Assembly: GCA_040390725.1 (NCBI GenBank)
Contig: JAZJXT010000006.1
Span: 64,367-128,366, forward strand
From: Patescibacteria group bacterium
GTDB lineage: Bacteria > Patescibacteriota > Minisyncoccia > Phycocordibacterales > UBA9973
Direction of reading: 5' to 3'
Length of the DNA: 64,000 bases
Position 1 is the stretch's first letter, and every line of letters begins with the position of its first letter. The position numbers and the translations under genes are program-made. Positions 9,941 to 19,847 of this stretch are shown here, one piece after another. Under the pieces are notes generated by a model that saw only the letters and a list, made by a program, of their open reading frames with translations, ran no database searches and had not been told where the DNA came from.

Positions 9941-11530
9941 TTACTTAACACTATAAGTAAACATCATACCGTCTTCCATATGTTCAGCTATATGGCAATG
10001 CGCCATCCAATTCCCCGCATTTGATGCATCCAGTAAAATATCCACGTACTGCCCTGCCGGCACCAATACTGTATCTTTCCAAGCTAAGTTTTTTTCTTCG
10101 ATTCCATTTTTATCAATTACGAGAAACCTATTGCCGTGAAAATGCATAGGGTGTTGCATCGGGTGCGTAATATTTCCATCGTTTGAAATACGAATTTTTA
10201 CTTTATCATCTTTTTTGAAAACCCAATTTATATCCATATTTTCTTTTTTAGTTTCTTGGTCAATAATTTTCCAAGAAAAAAAATCAGTTCCTGTGTCGGA
10301 CATCATATTCATCATCTTGCTGTCATTGTCCCATTCAATACCATTATCCAAACCCATTACCTCGCCCATAGTTTCATTTTGCATCATTGTACCATCCGGC
10401 ATTTTATGTTGCCCGCTACTCATCATGTTGCCCATCGCCCCCCTCAGCCCTGATGTAAGCTCCAAATATTTATCCGGTGTTTTATTAAAGTAAAGTCGAA
10501 AAGAATCGATGCTGGAAATTGTTTCTGGATGTGAGCGGAGTTTTAGAAAAGTTTCTGAATAAGATTTATCAACATTTTTATCTGACACAATAATTTTCCC
10601 AAGACTATATATATTGTTCGGAGTTTTATTTTGCAATTCATAAGTGCCAGATTTATCAAAAAGAACTTCTACTATAGCGCGCTCTGAAGGGCCGAGAATT
10701 ACAGAGTCCACCCACGTATCATTTTCATAAGCACCATTATCAGCACCAACGAGTTTCATTTTTACTCCATTGATGCCGATATTAAAAGGACGCGCAGTGG
10801 AAGAATTAATAATATAAAAACGAGCGACACTGCCTTTATCAACATTCAAAGAATAATTTTCTTCACCATTCACAAGCATTACATTTCCATATCTACCCAT
10901 CATTATATGATCGGAAGATTTTTTATTAAATGGAACCACGCCATTTTTATCCATCAAAATATCATTCACAAACAAAGGCGCTTCCATATTAACTGAATCC
11001 CAGTAATTTATATTAGCTGGCTCTACAATATATGCTCCATATTGCCCGAGCGGTTGCGCATAATCCTCGCGAAAGTGCGGATGATACCAATATATTCCAA
11101 CATCTGGGAATTTTATTTTATAAACAAAACTTTCACCAGGCTTTATCGCATCTTGGTCAATACCTATCACGCCATCGTATTTATCTTCGAGGCGCACTCC
11201 GTGCGAATGTAGCGCAGTGTCTACATCAGTATTATTTTTAAAATTTATTGTAATCTCCGAACCTTGGGAAACTTTTATCGTCGGCCCAGGTATCATGCCA
11301 TTATATGCGAGCATTTTTGTCTCTTTGCCATTTACTATTTTTTTAACAATCTCCGCAGTCATATCATAGGTATCGCCATTCTTTAGCTCGACTGTCTGAC
11401 TAACCTTTGTGTCCGATAAATCATCCACATCTAGAGAAAAATATTCACTTTTTTTGTGAAATCCAAAATACAATAAAACACTAACAGCAACAATAATCAA
11501 AACTATAATTATTTTAAAATTTTTCTGCAT
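9941..11530 (-). CDS. multicopper oxidase (CueO/laccase-like)
   Basis: HSHG, WYHPH, HPMHFHG, HCHIAEHMEDGMM; Met-rich insert. Confidence 0.93.
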   Translation of the reverse strand: MQKNFKIIIVLIIVAVSVLLYFGFHKKSEYFSLDVDDLSDTKVSQTVELKNGDTYDMTAEIVKKIVNGKETKMLAYNGMIPGPTIKVSQGSEITINFKNNTDVDTALHSHGVRLEDKYDGVIGIDQDAIKPGESFVYKIKFPDVGIYWYHPHFREDYAQPLGQYGAYIVEPANINYWDSVNMEAPLFVNDILMDKNGVVPFNKKSSDHIMMGRYGNVMLVNGEENYSLNVDKGSVARFYIINSSTARPFNIGINGVKMKLVGADNGAYENDTWVDSVILGPSERAIVEVLFDKSGTYELQNKTPNNIYSLGKIIVSDKNVDKSYSETFLKLRSHPETISSIDSFRLYFNKTPDKYLELTSGLRGAMGNMMSSGQHKMPDGTMMQNETMGEVMGLDNGIEWDNDSKMMNMMSDTGTDFFSWKIIDQETKKENMDINWVFKKDDKVKIRISNDGNITHPMQHPMHFHGNRFLVIDKNGIEEKNLAWKDTVLVPAGQYVDILLDASNAGNWMAHCHIAEHMEDGMMFTYSVK

Positions 11531-11550
11531 ATTTTTATTATACTACTAAA

Positions 11551-13587
11551 TTATAATTTAGCTCGTCGCAATAATATAGCATTAAATGCCACAATAATTG
11601 TAGAAAAAGACATAAATACCGCAGCGAGGACTGGTTGGAGTATTATTCCTTTCGATGCCAAGACTCCAGCTGCAAGAGGAATAGCCACGACGTTGTACCC
11701 TGTCGCCCAGAAAAGATTTTGAATCATTTTATTGTAGGTCAAACGAGATAAATTAAATATTTTTGGAATATCGCGCAAATCACTTTTTACTAAAATTATT
11801 CCCGCAGATTCTATCGCTACATTTGTACCAGCACCTATCGCTATACCTATGTCCGCTTGGGTAAGGGCCGGAGCGTCATTGATACCATCGCCCACCATAG
11901 CGACTTTCAAGCCACGACTCTGTAAATCTATTATTTTTTTAACTTTATCTTCCGGTAAAACTCGAGCAAAATATTCATCGAGGCCAATCTCATTCGCCAC
12001 GCGTTTTGCTGTCTCCTCACTGTCTCCGGTAATCATCGCGACACGCATGCCAAAAGTTTTTAGTTTTGCAATTACTTCTTTTGATTCCAAACGAACAGCG
12101 TCGGCTACTGCAATTTCTCCAATTTTTTCACCATTTTTCTCAACAACAATTTCATCCCCGCCATGAGTGCCGACAAAAATTATTTCACCATTAACTTTTG
12201 CTTCTGCTCCCCGACCGGGTATTCTTTTAAAATCAGTAGATGGTTTGACTTGAAGCATACGAATTTTTGCTTCTTCAACTATTGCCTTGGCTATCGGATG
12301 CTCAGAATTAACATTCACGGAAGCCGCAAGTATAAGTGCATCATCTGAAATTGCTGACGTAACTTTAAATTTCGCTTCAGTTAGCGTGCCTGTTTTATCA
12401 AATAAAACTATATTTATATTTCGCGCTGATTCGAGAGCTCGACGTTCTTTTACTAGTAAACCATTCCGCGCGGCGAGAGTCGTGGAAATAGATGCAACCA
12501 GTGGTACTGCGAGCCCGAGCGCATGAGGACAAGTGATGACAAGAACTGCGACGAGCCTTTCTGTCGCTGTCACTATTCCCCCACCGACAAAAATCCAAAT
12601 AGAAAATGTTAAAGCTCCTGCCACAATCGCAATGATAGTTAAATAAAAAGCTGCTCTATCGGAAAGCATTTGCAATCGTGATTTTGACGCTTGCGCATTA
12701 GCGACGAGCTTCATCACACCAGCAAGGAAAGTATCCTCACCTATTTTTTCAATTTCCACTTTCAAACTTCCATCACCATTTATAGAACCGGCGATAACAA
12801 ATGCGCCTACAGATTTTTCAACGGGACGGGATTCACCAGTGATCACTGATTCATTTAATTCTGATTGTCCTTCAATAATTTTTCCGTCAGCCGGTATTTT
12901 TGAACCTGGTTTTATTAAAACAATATCGCCGATTTTTAATTCACTTAATGAAATAATTTCGGTTTTATCACCACGAATAACTTCTGCTTGATCCGGCAAA
13001 AGTTTTGCAAGTTCTCGCAATGCACCTTGAGCGCCCTGCACAGACTTCATTTCAATATGATGCCCTAGAAGCATAATGGCTATCAATGATGCGAGCTCAA
13101 ATAAAAGATCATGACCCGTGCCGAATAAAATAGAAAAGAAACTATAAACATATGCCGAGGTTACGGCTATTGCGATAAGGGTCATCATGCCCGGCAGTTT
13201 CGCCCGCAATTCGCGATACGCACTGGTTAAAAAAATTAAACCGCAATAAAAAAATACAATACTACCTAAAATTAAAAGTAAATATTGCGAGCCGTAAAAA
13301 ACAGGTGCCTTTATATGAAAAAGCATATATGCCATTTCAGAATAAAAAAAGATTGGCACAGTCAAAACTAACGCAACCCAAAACTTCGTCAAAAATGACG
13401 AAGTTTTATGACCTGCATGCTTATCAAAATCCTGATTTTTCTCGTGTTCCTTGTGTCCTAAATCATTTTTTTTCTTCATCGGGACAAGATTCATCCCGCA
13501 TTCAGGGCACATCCCCGGCTTGTCAGATACAACCCTCGGATGCATTGGGCACGTGTATATTATGTTGTTTATATTATTTTGCATCAT
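11551..13587 (-). CDS. copB: copper-translocating P1B-type ATPase (CPH motif, CopB-like)
   Basis: YTCPMHP metal-binding domain, TGES, CPHALG, DKTGT, GDGINDAP. Confidence 0.9.
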   Translation of the reverse strand: MMQNNINNIIYTCPMHPRVVSDKPGMCPECGMNLVPMKKKNDLGHKEHEKNQDFDKHAGHKTSSFLTKFWVALVLTVPIFFYSEMAYMLFHIKAPVFYGSQYLLLILGSIVFFYCGLIFLTSAYRELRAKLPGMMTLIAIAVTSAYVYSFFSILFGTGHDLLFELASLIAIMLLGHHIEMKSVQGAQGALRELAKLLPDQAEVIRGDKTEIISLSELKIGDIVLIKPGSKIPADGKIIEGQSELNESVITGESRPVEKSVGAFVIAGSINGDGSLKVEIEKIGEDTFLAGVMKLVANAQASKSRLQMLSDRAAFYLTIIAIVAGALTFSIWIFVGGGIVTATERLVAVLVITCPHALGLAVPLVASISTTLAARNGLLVKERRALESARNINIVLFDKTGTLTEAKFKVTSAISDDALILAASVNVNSEHPIAKAIVEEAKIRMLQVKPSTDFKRIPGRGAEAKVNGEIIFVGTHGGDEIVVEKNGEKIGEIAVADAVRLESKEVIAKLKTFGMRVAMITGDSEETAKRVANEIGLDEYFARVLPEDKVKKIIDLQSRGLKVAMVGDGINDAPALTQADIGIAIGAGTNVAIESAGIILVKSDLRDIPKIFNLSRLTYNKMIQNLFWATGYNVVAIPLAAGVLASKGIILQPVLAAVFMSFSTIIVAFNAILLRRAKL

Positions 13588-13804
13588 GAGAACAAGAATT
13601 CATTTCTTCTTTCTTGTGAATTATACCATCAATGAAAAATCCTATACTAATTATTCCTGTTGCTATTGCATCGTTGAATAAATGCGCCTGATCCATACCT
13701 AGCAATGTTCCCTTTGTACTTTGTGTAATCCATGCACCGATTACGGAAAGCGTTGATAAAAGTAATGCGATGCGAGCGATTGTTATAGCGAATTTTGATT
13801 TCAT
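13574..13804 (-). CDS. small two-TM membrane protein
   Basis: 76 aa, two hydrophobic segments, lies between csoR and copB. Confidence 0.65.
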   Translation of the reverse strand: MKSKFAITIARIALLLSTLSVIGAWITQSTKGTLLGMDQAHLFNDAIATGIISIGFFIDGIIHKKEEMNSCSHDAK

Positions 13805-13867
13805 ATATTTTATTTAAATGTTAATAATTAATAATAGAGAAAAAATTATTTATAAATTATTTATAAA

Positions 13868-14134
13868 TTATTTGCGTTTCAAGCGGTAAACTTTTAATAT
13901 TTCCTCTTTGGCTTTATTTTCTTTACCTTTTTTAATCTGGTCCACAGCGCAACAACTAAGATGATTCTCCATTAAAGCGTCTTCCACTCCAGAAAGAGCT
14001 TGTTTGACTGCCGAAGTTTGAGTAATGACATCTATGCAATATTTGTCATTTTCGACCATTTCCCGAATACCTCGAACTTGCCCCTCAATAATCTTGAGCC
14101 GTCTTTCCAACTTATTTTTAATATCTTTTCTCAT
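13868..14134 (-). CDS. csoR: CsoR/RcnR family metal-sensing repressor
   Basis: RLKIIEGQVRGI..M....YC.D...Q, HLSCC; start set at MRKDI. Confidence 0.92.
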   Translation of the reverse strand: MRKDIKNKLERRLKIIEGQVRGIREMVENDKYCIDVITQTSAVKQALSGVEDALMENHLSCCAVDQIKKGKENKAKEEILKVYRLKRK

Positions 14135-14141
14135 AATGGAT

Positions 14142-14170
14142 AGTATATACCCCCAGGGGGTATCTGTCAA
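14142..14170 (-). promoter_or_regulatory. sigma70 promoter with CsoR operator
   Basis: TTGACA(14170-14165)-17 bp-TATACT(14147-14142) enclosing the palindrome ATACCCCC-A-GGGGGTAT, matching the TAC(C-tract)/(G-tract)GTA CsoR site. Confidence 0.88.
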
Positions 14171-14243
14171 GTAAAACAATAATGTCTACTATCCTTACAT
14201 ATGTAGACTTAGTAGACAAAAGAAATAATAATGATTAGTAATT

Positions 14244-14648
14244 TTAATTCACAACCCCTACCCCTTTCATCATAGGATGAATCTTGCAGTGATAACTATA
14301 CGTACCGGAATTTGCAAAAGTAAAACTAAAGGATTCACCCGGAGCGAGTGTCGGTGAATTTAAAAGATTATCAGAATCAGATGTGACTGTGTGTGGAACT
14401 GAATCATTATTCGTCCAAGTAACCTTTATGCCAGCTTTCACTGAAAGAGTAGCTGGATTAAATGCAAAATTTTTCATGCTTACTGATGCTGTTTTTGACT
14501 CTGGAACATTATTACTGACATTATTTACAGGAACGTTACTTTCCGGTGCAGGTGCCAAGGCTTTATTTGCATTATTTTTAAAAGCTAAATCATAAATTAC
14601 AAAACCAATTACTACTATTACCAAAACTATAATTATTTTTTTAGTCAT
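14244..14648 (-). CDS. membrane-anchored cupredoxin (plastocyanin/amicyanin-like)
   Basis: FNP.TL.V, HTVT, YHCKIHPMMKG type-1 Cu ligands. Confidence 0.9.
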   Translation of the reverse strand: MTKKIIIVLVIVVIGFVIYDLAFKNNANKALAPAPESNVPVNNVSNNVPESKTASVSMKNFAFNPATLSVKAGIKVTWTNNDSVPHTVTSDSDNLLNSPTLAPGESFSFTFANSGTYSYHCKIHPMMKGVGVVN

Positions 14649-14671
14649 AAAATTTTAAATTATTAATAATT

Positions 14672-15073
14672 TTACTCGACACGAGCTAAACGCTCTTTTA
14701 TTTTTTCCAAAATATCTTTTAGGCTCCATTGAGACTTTACTAAATAGTATGCGGGCTCGTCTGTAGTAATTTGTTTCATTATTTTTTCTTCATCTGGCGT
14801 CAAATTAGTAAGCAATATAATGGGTACTTTTTTCCCATAATCATTAGATGCACGCAATTTATGCATCATCTCCATCCCATCCATTTTTGGCATTAAAATA
14901 TCCAGCAAAATAAGATCCGGCTTTTTTTCTATAGCCATCGCTAAACCCTGCTCCCCATCCATAGCTTCCAAAGCAATAAAACCTTCGTGCAATAAATTGT
15001 CGCGCAATGCCTCTAGTAGTATATGGTCATCCTCCACTATCAAAATTGTTTTTTGTTTTATATCATCTTCCAT
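14672..15073 (-). CDS. single-domain response regulator (receiver)
   Basis: ILIVEDD, PDLILLDILMPKMDG, LTN. Confidence 0.93.
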   Translation of the reverse strand: MEDDIKQKTILIVEDDHILLEALRDNLLHEGFIALEAMDGEQGLAMAIEKKPDLILLDILMPKMDGMEMMHKLRASNDYGKKVPIILLTNLTPDEEKIMKQITTDEPAYYLVKSQWSLKDILEKIKERLARVE

Positions 15074-15080
15074 AAATTTA

Positions 15081-16763
15081 TTATAACATAGGTATTTTTA
15101 AATAAAATGTCGACCCTTTGCCTTCCTCAGAATCAAATGTTATTTCTGCGCCTATTTTTTTTGAAAGCATAAAAGAAACGTAAAGACCTATACCCATTCC
15201 CTCAGGCTTCACTTTCCCAGCATTTGATGCTCGATAGAATTTATCAAAAACATGTTTTGCTTCTTCTTTTGGTATACCTATACCATTATCTTTTACAAAA
15301 AACACGGCTGCACCTTTTTCTGTTTTAAAATCCAACACAACCTCCTGATCAGCCGGTGAATAAAAAATTGAATTTGATAAAAAATTAGTCAGAATACTTT
15401 TTACCACCTCCAAATCAGTTTTGACTGTAATTTTTTTACCGAAAACTGCATTATTTTTTAAAACAATATCATTTTTCTTAGCTACAGCCTCCACTAACAA
15501 AATAAGATCATCGTAAAAATTTAAAACATCAACCTCTTCTTCTTTGATGTTTGCAGTTGTACTATCTAAGCGAGTCACATTTAAAAGACTAACAACAAGC
15601 TTGATCATTTTTTCATTAGTCAAACTAATATTTTCCACATAAGATTTTTGTTTTTCATTTAGAGGCCCGAGCATGCCGTCTTGCAAAGTTTCAACTAGCC
15701 ATTTAGTACCGGAAAGCGGAGTGCGAAGCTCGTGTGAAGCCAATGATAAAAATTCCATCTGTGACTTTTTTAGCTCTTGTTCATATTTTAGTGATGCTTC
15801 GGAGGAGATCAGCCTTCTTGAAATATAAAAAGTAATAATGAGCAAAAGAGAAAATGCCACAAAAATAACACCGTAAACAACCAATATTGATTTGATAGTA
15901 TCTGCTTGCGCAACGAGAGACATGTTTGCCAAATTCCTTTTTATTTCAGAGATGCTAAAGATAGCCAAAAATACAAAAGGCGAAGCCAGAAGAAAAAAAA
16001 CAATAGCGCGAAGCGTCCCCTTTGGAGTAAATGAATAAAAAGGCTTTGAGGTTTCTGGAATTTTTTCAGAAATATTTTCCACATTTTTACTATTTTCTTT
16101 TTTAACATAAAAAGTAGCATAGAAAAATGGTAAGCCAAAAATACCAGCCGCAACTTTAAAAATAAAACCAAAAAGCATTGCTTGCGCTAATGCCGTGCCA
16201 GAAATAATGCCATAAAAAGCTATCGAAAAGAAAATTATACTATCAATGGCTTGACCTAATATGTTTGAAAAAATATCTCTTTGCCAAAGAGGAAGTTTTT
16301 CAGACTTTTGTGCCAACCGGCCATAAAACCAAATGTTAAACTTTTGAGCAAAAAAGTAAGCCGAGATGCTAGCTAGGAAAATTCTCGGGGCAAAAGTAAA
16401 AAGAGTATTAAGGGCTTGATTAACAGTAGCTGATGCCGACGAACCTATAAACTGCACAGTCAGCTGGCCCATCAATACGAAAAATACCGTAGCACCGAGT
16501 CCAACCCAAAAACTTTTCCTTCCCTCTTTTTCGCCATAATGCTCTATCAAGATATGCGCAGCTAAAAATACCGCAGCATAAAAAATATTACCCACGTTTG
16601 TGGTAATACCAAAAACAGAAACAAGCTTGGCGCCAAATACGCTTATCAAAATCAAGTTAATAGCAATAGAAGCATGGAGCCAACGCTTGCCTAAATTGAA
16701 ACAAATAAAAACGAAGCCAAAAGTAAGCAGGGCGGTAATCACAAAAATAAGCTCATTTATCAT
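15081..16763 (-). CDS. histidine kinase with N-terminal queuosine-precursor transporter (YhhQ/Vut_1) domain
   Basis: N-terminal K.....G....GN.......F...IL.E.YG, PRI..AS..AY..AQ, S....Q.IDS..F...AFYG; C-terminal SHELRTPL, N/D/G boxes. Confidence 0.85.
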   Translation of the reverse strand: MINELIFVITALLTFGFVFICFNLGKRWLHASIAINLILISVFGAKLVSVFGITTNVGNIFYAAVFLAAHILIEHYGEKEGRKSFWVGLGATVFFVLMGQLTVQFIGSSASATVNQALNTLFTFAPRIFLASISAYFFAQKFNIWFYGRLAQKSEKLPLWQRDIFSNILGQAIDSIIFFSIAFYGIISGTALAQAMLFGFIFKVAAGIFGLPFFYATFYVKKENSKNVENISEKIPETSKPFYSFTPKGTLRAIVFFLLASPFVFLAIFSISEIKRNLANMSLVAQADTIKSILVVYGVIFVAFSLLLIITFYISRRLISSEASLKYEQELKKSQMEFLSLASHELRTPLSGTKWLVETLQDGMLGPLNEKQKSYVENISLTNEKMIKLVVSLLNVTRLDSTTANIKEEEVDVLNFYDDLILLVEAVAKKNDIVLKNNAVFGKKITVKTDLEVVKSILTNFLSNSIFYSPADQEVVLDFKTEKGAAVFFVKDNGIGIPKEEAKHVFDKFYRASNAGKVKPEGMGIGLYVSFMLSKKIGAEITFDSEEGKGSTFYLKIPML

Positions 16764-16807
16764 AAACTAATTATAGCAAATTTTAAGAAAAGACTATATT
16801 TTTTAAA

Positions 16808-16925
16808 TTGGGGTCGCTTACTGGTCAAGTTCAGAACTGTTAATTGGTATAGTATATCACAAGACCTTCAGCTTAGTGGAATAAAAAACCTTGGAATATA
16901 CAAAAATAACTTAACCTATAAGTAA
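16808..16925 (+). other. left attachment site with displaced integrase C-terminal coding tail
   Basis: TGG GGT continues in frame as RLLVKFRTVNWYSISQDLQLSGIKNLGIYKNNLTYK*, same codon phase as W-G at the integrase end. Confidence 0.65.
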
Positions 16926-16943
16926 CGCCCCCCCCCACCACCA

Positions 16944-18092
16944 CTATATTTGGGATATTTTATTTTCATAATGATAAATATCAACATCATACTTTCGTTT
17001 CTTAATAGTCTCATCCAAGCCTTTTGCTGTAGGATACAATAATCCACTAACATTTAAATATGGCGATATGTGCTCATTCATTACCCAACCTTTATTTCTA
17101 ATTCTTTTTAATTTTTTGGGCTGTAATTCGTGTACCATACCAATAAACCCCGCTACAAGTTCTGCATAGGCAGACATATGTTTTACCTCACCAAAGGATA
17201 TTAAATCCTTATTTGGAAGAAAAGTGTCAGTAGAATACTGACTTAAGTCTAAATCATTCAATATAGAAATATCACAACATATATTGGCACGGTATTTACT
17301 TTTTTCACTATATGATTTTGTAGCTACTCTTAACTGATGTCTTATTTGGCATTTTTTACCATCTTTTTCACAAATCACATAACTATATTTATTAGGTGCA
17401 CCTTTTGTTGTAAACTTCAGCTTAAAAATTTTCTTTTTCTTAAAAACTGGGCTAATGATTTGAATTACCCATCCTTTCTTTTCGTACCATTTTATAGTGG
17501 AAGCAAAAGTATAAGCTTCAAATACTTGATTAACTATATTCCCAAAAGAATTTAAGCGAGGTTTTTCACTTTCAAAAAACTTTCTTAGTTTTAATTTTGC
17601 TTCGGCTTGGTCAAATAAATAATTATATAAGCGTTCATCATTTCTTACTTCCTTATAATGGTCAATAATTTGAGAAAAATATTTAGTATTTGATAGTAAG
17701 GCTTTTACATCATCACTAAGTAAATGTAATAATTTTTCAGCAAGTTTATCTCCCAGAACAACATTTTTATTTCTCCCTGAAAATTCTGTTTTCCCTAACC
17801 TAAATTTATCAATATTAAGTTCTTTTAGAATATCTACTGTGTCCTTAGTGGCACTAGCCCCATCTGCTAACATTTTTCTTGTATAAAACAAAAAACATAA
17901 TACAGTAGCTTCTTCCGCTATAGTTTTCATCCTAGCAATCTTCTCTTTCTTCTCTTTTGAGCTATCAATTTTATTTAAAATCCTATTTATATACTCTGAA
18001 GGAAATAAATTTTGCCATACATACGAATACAAAGAACTATATCTCATAGATATATATCTGGGTGCACTTTTTATTACATCAGAAATATTCAT
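16944..18092 (-). CDS. hypothetical protein, possible PD-(D/E)XK nuclease C-terminal domain
   Basis: E......, CDISI...FGEVKH pattern resembles the restriction-endonuclease fold; cargo of the element. Confidence 0.5.
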   Translation of the reverse strand: MNISDVIKSAPRYISMRYSSLYSYVWQNLFPSEYINRILNKIDSSKEKKEKIARMKTIAEEATVLCFLFYTRKMLADGASATKDTVDILKELNIDKFRLGKTEFSGRNKNVVLGDKLAEKLLHLLSDDVKALLSNTKYFSQIIDHYKEVRNDERLYNYLFDQAEAKLKLRKFFESEKPRLNSFGNIVNQVFEAYTFASTIKWYEKKGWVIQIISPVFKKKKIFKLKFTTKGAPNKYSYVICEKDGKKCQIRHQLRVATKSYSEKSKYRANICCDISILNDLDLSQYSTDTFLPNKDLISFGEVKHMSAYAELVAGFIGMVHELQPKKLKRIRNKGWVMNEHISPYLNVSGLLYPTAKGLDETIKKRKYDVDIYHYENKISQI

Positions 18093-18107
18093 ATAAGTGA
18101 TAAATTT

Positions 18108-18974
18108 TTAAGCCCTTGGTGTTGTATGCCACATACTTTGTAATATTGGGTAACTTATTTTTACTTCTGCAACAAGTTTTTCATATTCTGATTGGAACTC
18201 ACCAACAAATACCTTTGTATTACAAAGCTCTACCATAAGCTGTGCCATTATGTACATAAACTGAACTATCCAAAAAACCTCATTGTTCGTAGCACCACTC
18301 ATTTGATTTGTAAAACTTGGATGTGTGTAATTTGAATGTGACCTGTAATATTTATTATAAAAAGTCGATGGGCTATCTTTTTTCCAAAGTGCCAAAGTTT
18401 TTGATGATTGTATCGTAAAATATGGTTGATTAAAGATTTGTTCGAATCTCGGAAATGAAAAACCGTTCCTTTCTAGAAAACCATTAGAAAAAGAATTTAT
18501 ATCAGAAGGAAATGAAATATCCTCAGAAGAAAGTACGCCTCCCATAAGTTTTAAAAATCTGTCATATTCGTCTTTTAACTCAGTGCTCTCTATTGCAACG
18601 AAACGGAACATGTCGCTAAAATATAAAAGGTATTTACCTATAAAAATACCTAATTGGGTCTTTTCATCTTGATTAACTAAATAGAGTAATTCACCATAAT
18701 TTTCCAAAAGAATCCTTGTAAGCGGTATATAAAATTGAAAGTTCTTTAAATCTTCTTCTGCTTCAACTTTTTTAATTAAAAATTCATATTGTTGCCAAAA
18801 ATTCTTTAAATACAAATAAATAGCCTCGTTTTTTAAAAACTGCTTTTGTTCGTCTAGGGTTGAAAGGTTTTCAAATTTTATTAAAAACCTTTCTTCAATT
18901 TTAGTAACTATTTTTTGACCAATAGATAAAGAAAATTTTAAAGCAACTAATTGTTCTTTTATTTGAATAACCAT
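18108..18974 (-). CDS. DUF5677/HEPN-like protein
   Basis: TRILLE...L.YL and YYRSHSNYTHPS motifs. Confidence 0.55.
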   Translation of the reverse strand: MVIQIKEQLVALKFSLSIGQKIVTKIEERFLIKFENLSTLDEQKQFLKNEAIYLYLKNFWQQYEFLIKKVEAEEDLKNFQFYIPLTRILLENYGELLYLVNQDEKTQLGIFIGKYLLYFSDMFRFVAIESTELKDEYDRFLKLMGGVLSSEDISFPSDINSFSNGFLERNGFSFPRFEQIFNQPYFTIQSSKTLALWKKDSPSTFYNKYYRSHSNYTHPSFTNQMSGATNNEVFWIVQFMYIMAQLMVELCNTKVFVGEFQSEYEKLVAEVKISYPILQSMWHTTPRA

Positions 18975-19496
18975 AATTATATTATTTATTTTGTAACTTC
19001 CTTATTATCTCATATACAAACCTGTTTTAGTTTATTTTTTCAGTATATAGCTTTAAGCTTACAGAATAAACATTAAAATGCAACATATTTCCTCTCCTAA
19101 AAATTAAAAAATCTTAATACCTACCTTACCATACCCCTAAAACACAAAACTCAATAAAATAAAGGTATTTTACGAACTAGCATGTTAAGAAAAGATAAGG
19201 TTGAAGGTTAGCATACCCAACAATTTTAGATGCTTATTAAATAAAGATTTGTAGAAAAAGGGATGCTAATATTTGCTAACCTTTTCATATTATTTTTAAT
19301 TTATCACTTACTTAGATTTTGTACAAGCAAAAGGGAAAATCCTAAAAATAAAAAAAGCACACTAAAAAACGACCAAATTTGAGCCTTATTTTACAAGGCT
19401 TATTTAGGACGATTTTCGACCTTTGGAGTTATAATGCGTTTTACGGCTCTTGGAATTTTAAAACTGAGAATCATGACCTAGCACTATAATTAGTGC

Positions 19497-19841
19497 TTAA
19501 AACCCATTATGTTTTAAACATTTATCGTATTGAATTTTTGTAGCTTCTTTCGTTTCTGTTTTTTCTGGTGATGGTGGTCTTACCGCTGTATCTTTTTCTA
19601 GCATATAACAACTAAATGAACTTAGGCGACCTTGGCTATCACTACATTCTCCATTACTTAGTTTTATTTTATTTATATCAGCTTGTTCTTTTGTTATACC
19701 AATATCAGCAGGGGTTACTTCTGTAAACCAAGAACAATTCTTTTTTATCATTACTGGACGTAATTGAAACCAATAAAAAAGGAATCCTAAAACCAATACT
19801 ACGATTATTACTATTTCTTTATTTTCTTTTATTTTTTTCAT
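19497..19841 (-). CDS. membrane-anchored hypothetical protein
   Basis: N-terminal TM, FYWFQLRP...K.C ... YDKCL. Confidence 0.7.
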   Translation of the reverse strand: MKKIKENKEIVIIVVLVLGFLFYWFQLRPVMIKKNCSWFTEVTPADIGITKEQADINKIKLSNGECSDSQGRLSSFSCYMLEKDTAVRPPSPEKTETKEATKIQYDKCLKHNGF

Positions 19842-19847
19842 ATAATT

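Noticed and set aside
16927-16943. C-run/G-quadruplex or phase-variable tract
   Set aside because: Short intergenic tract downstream of convergent stops; no evident functional context.
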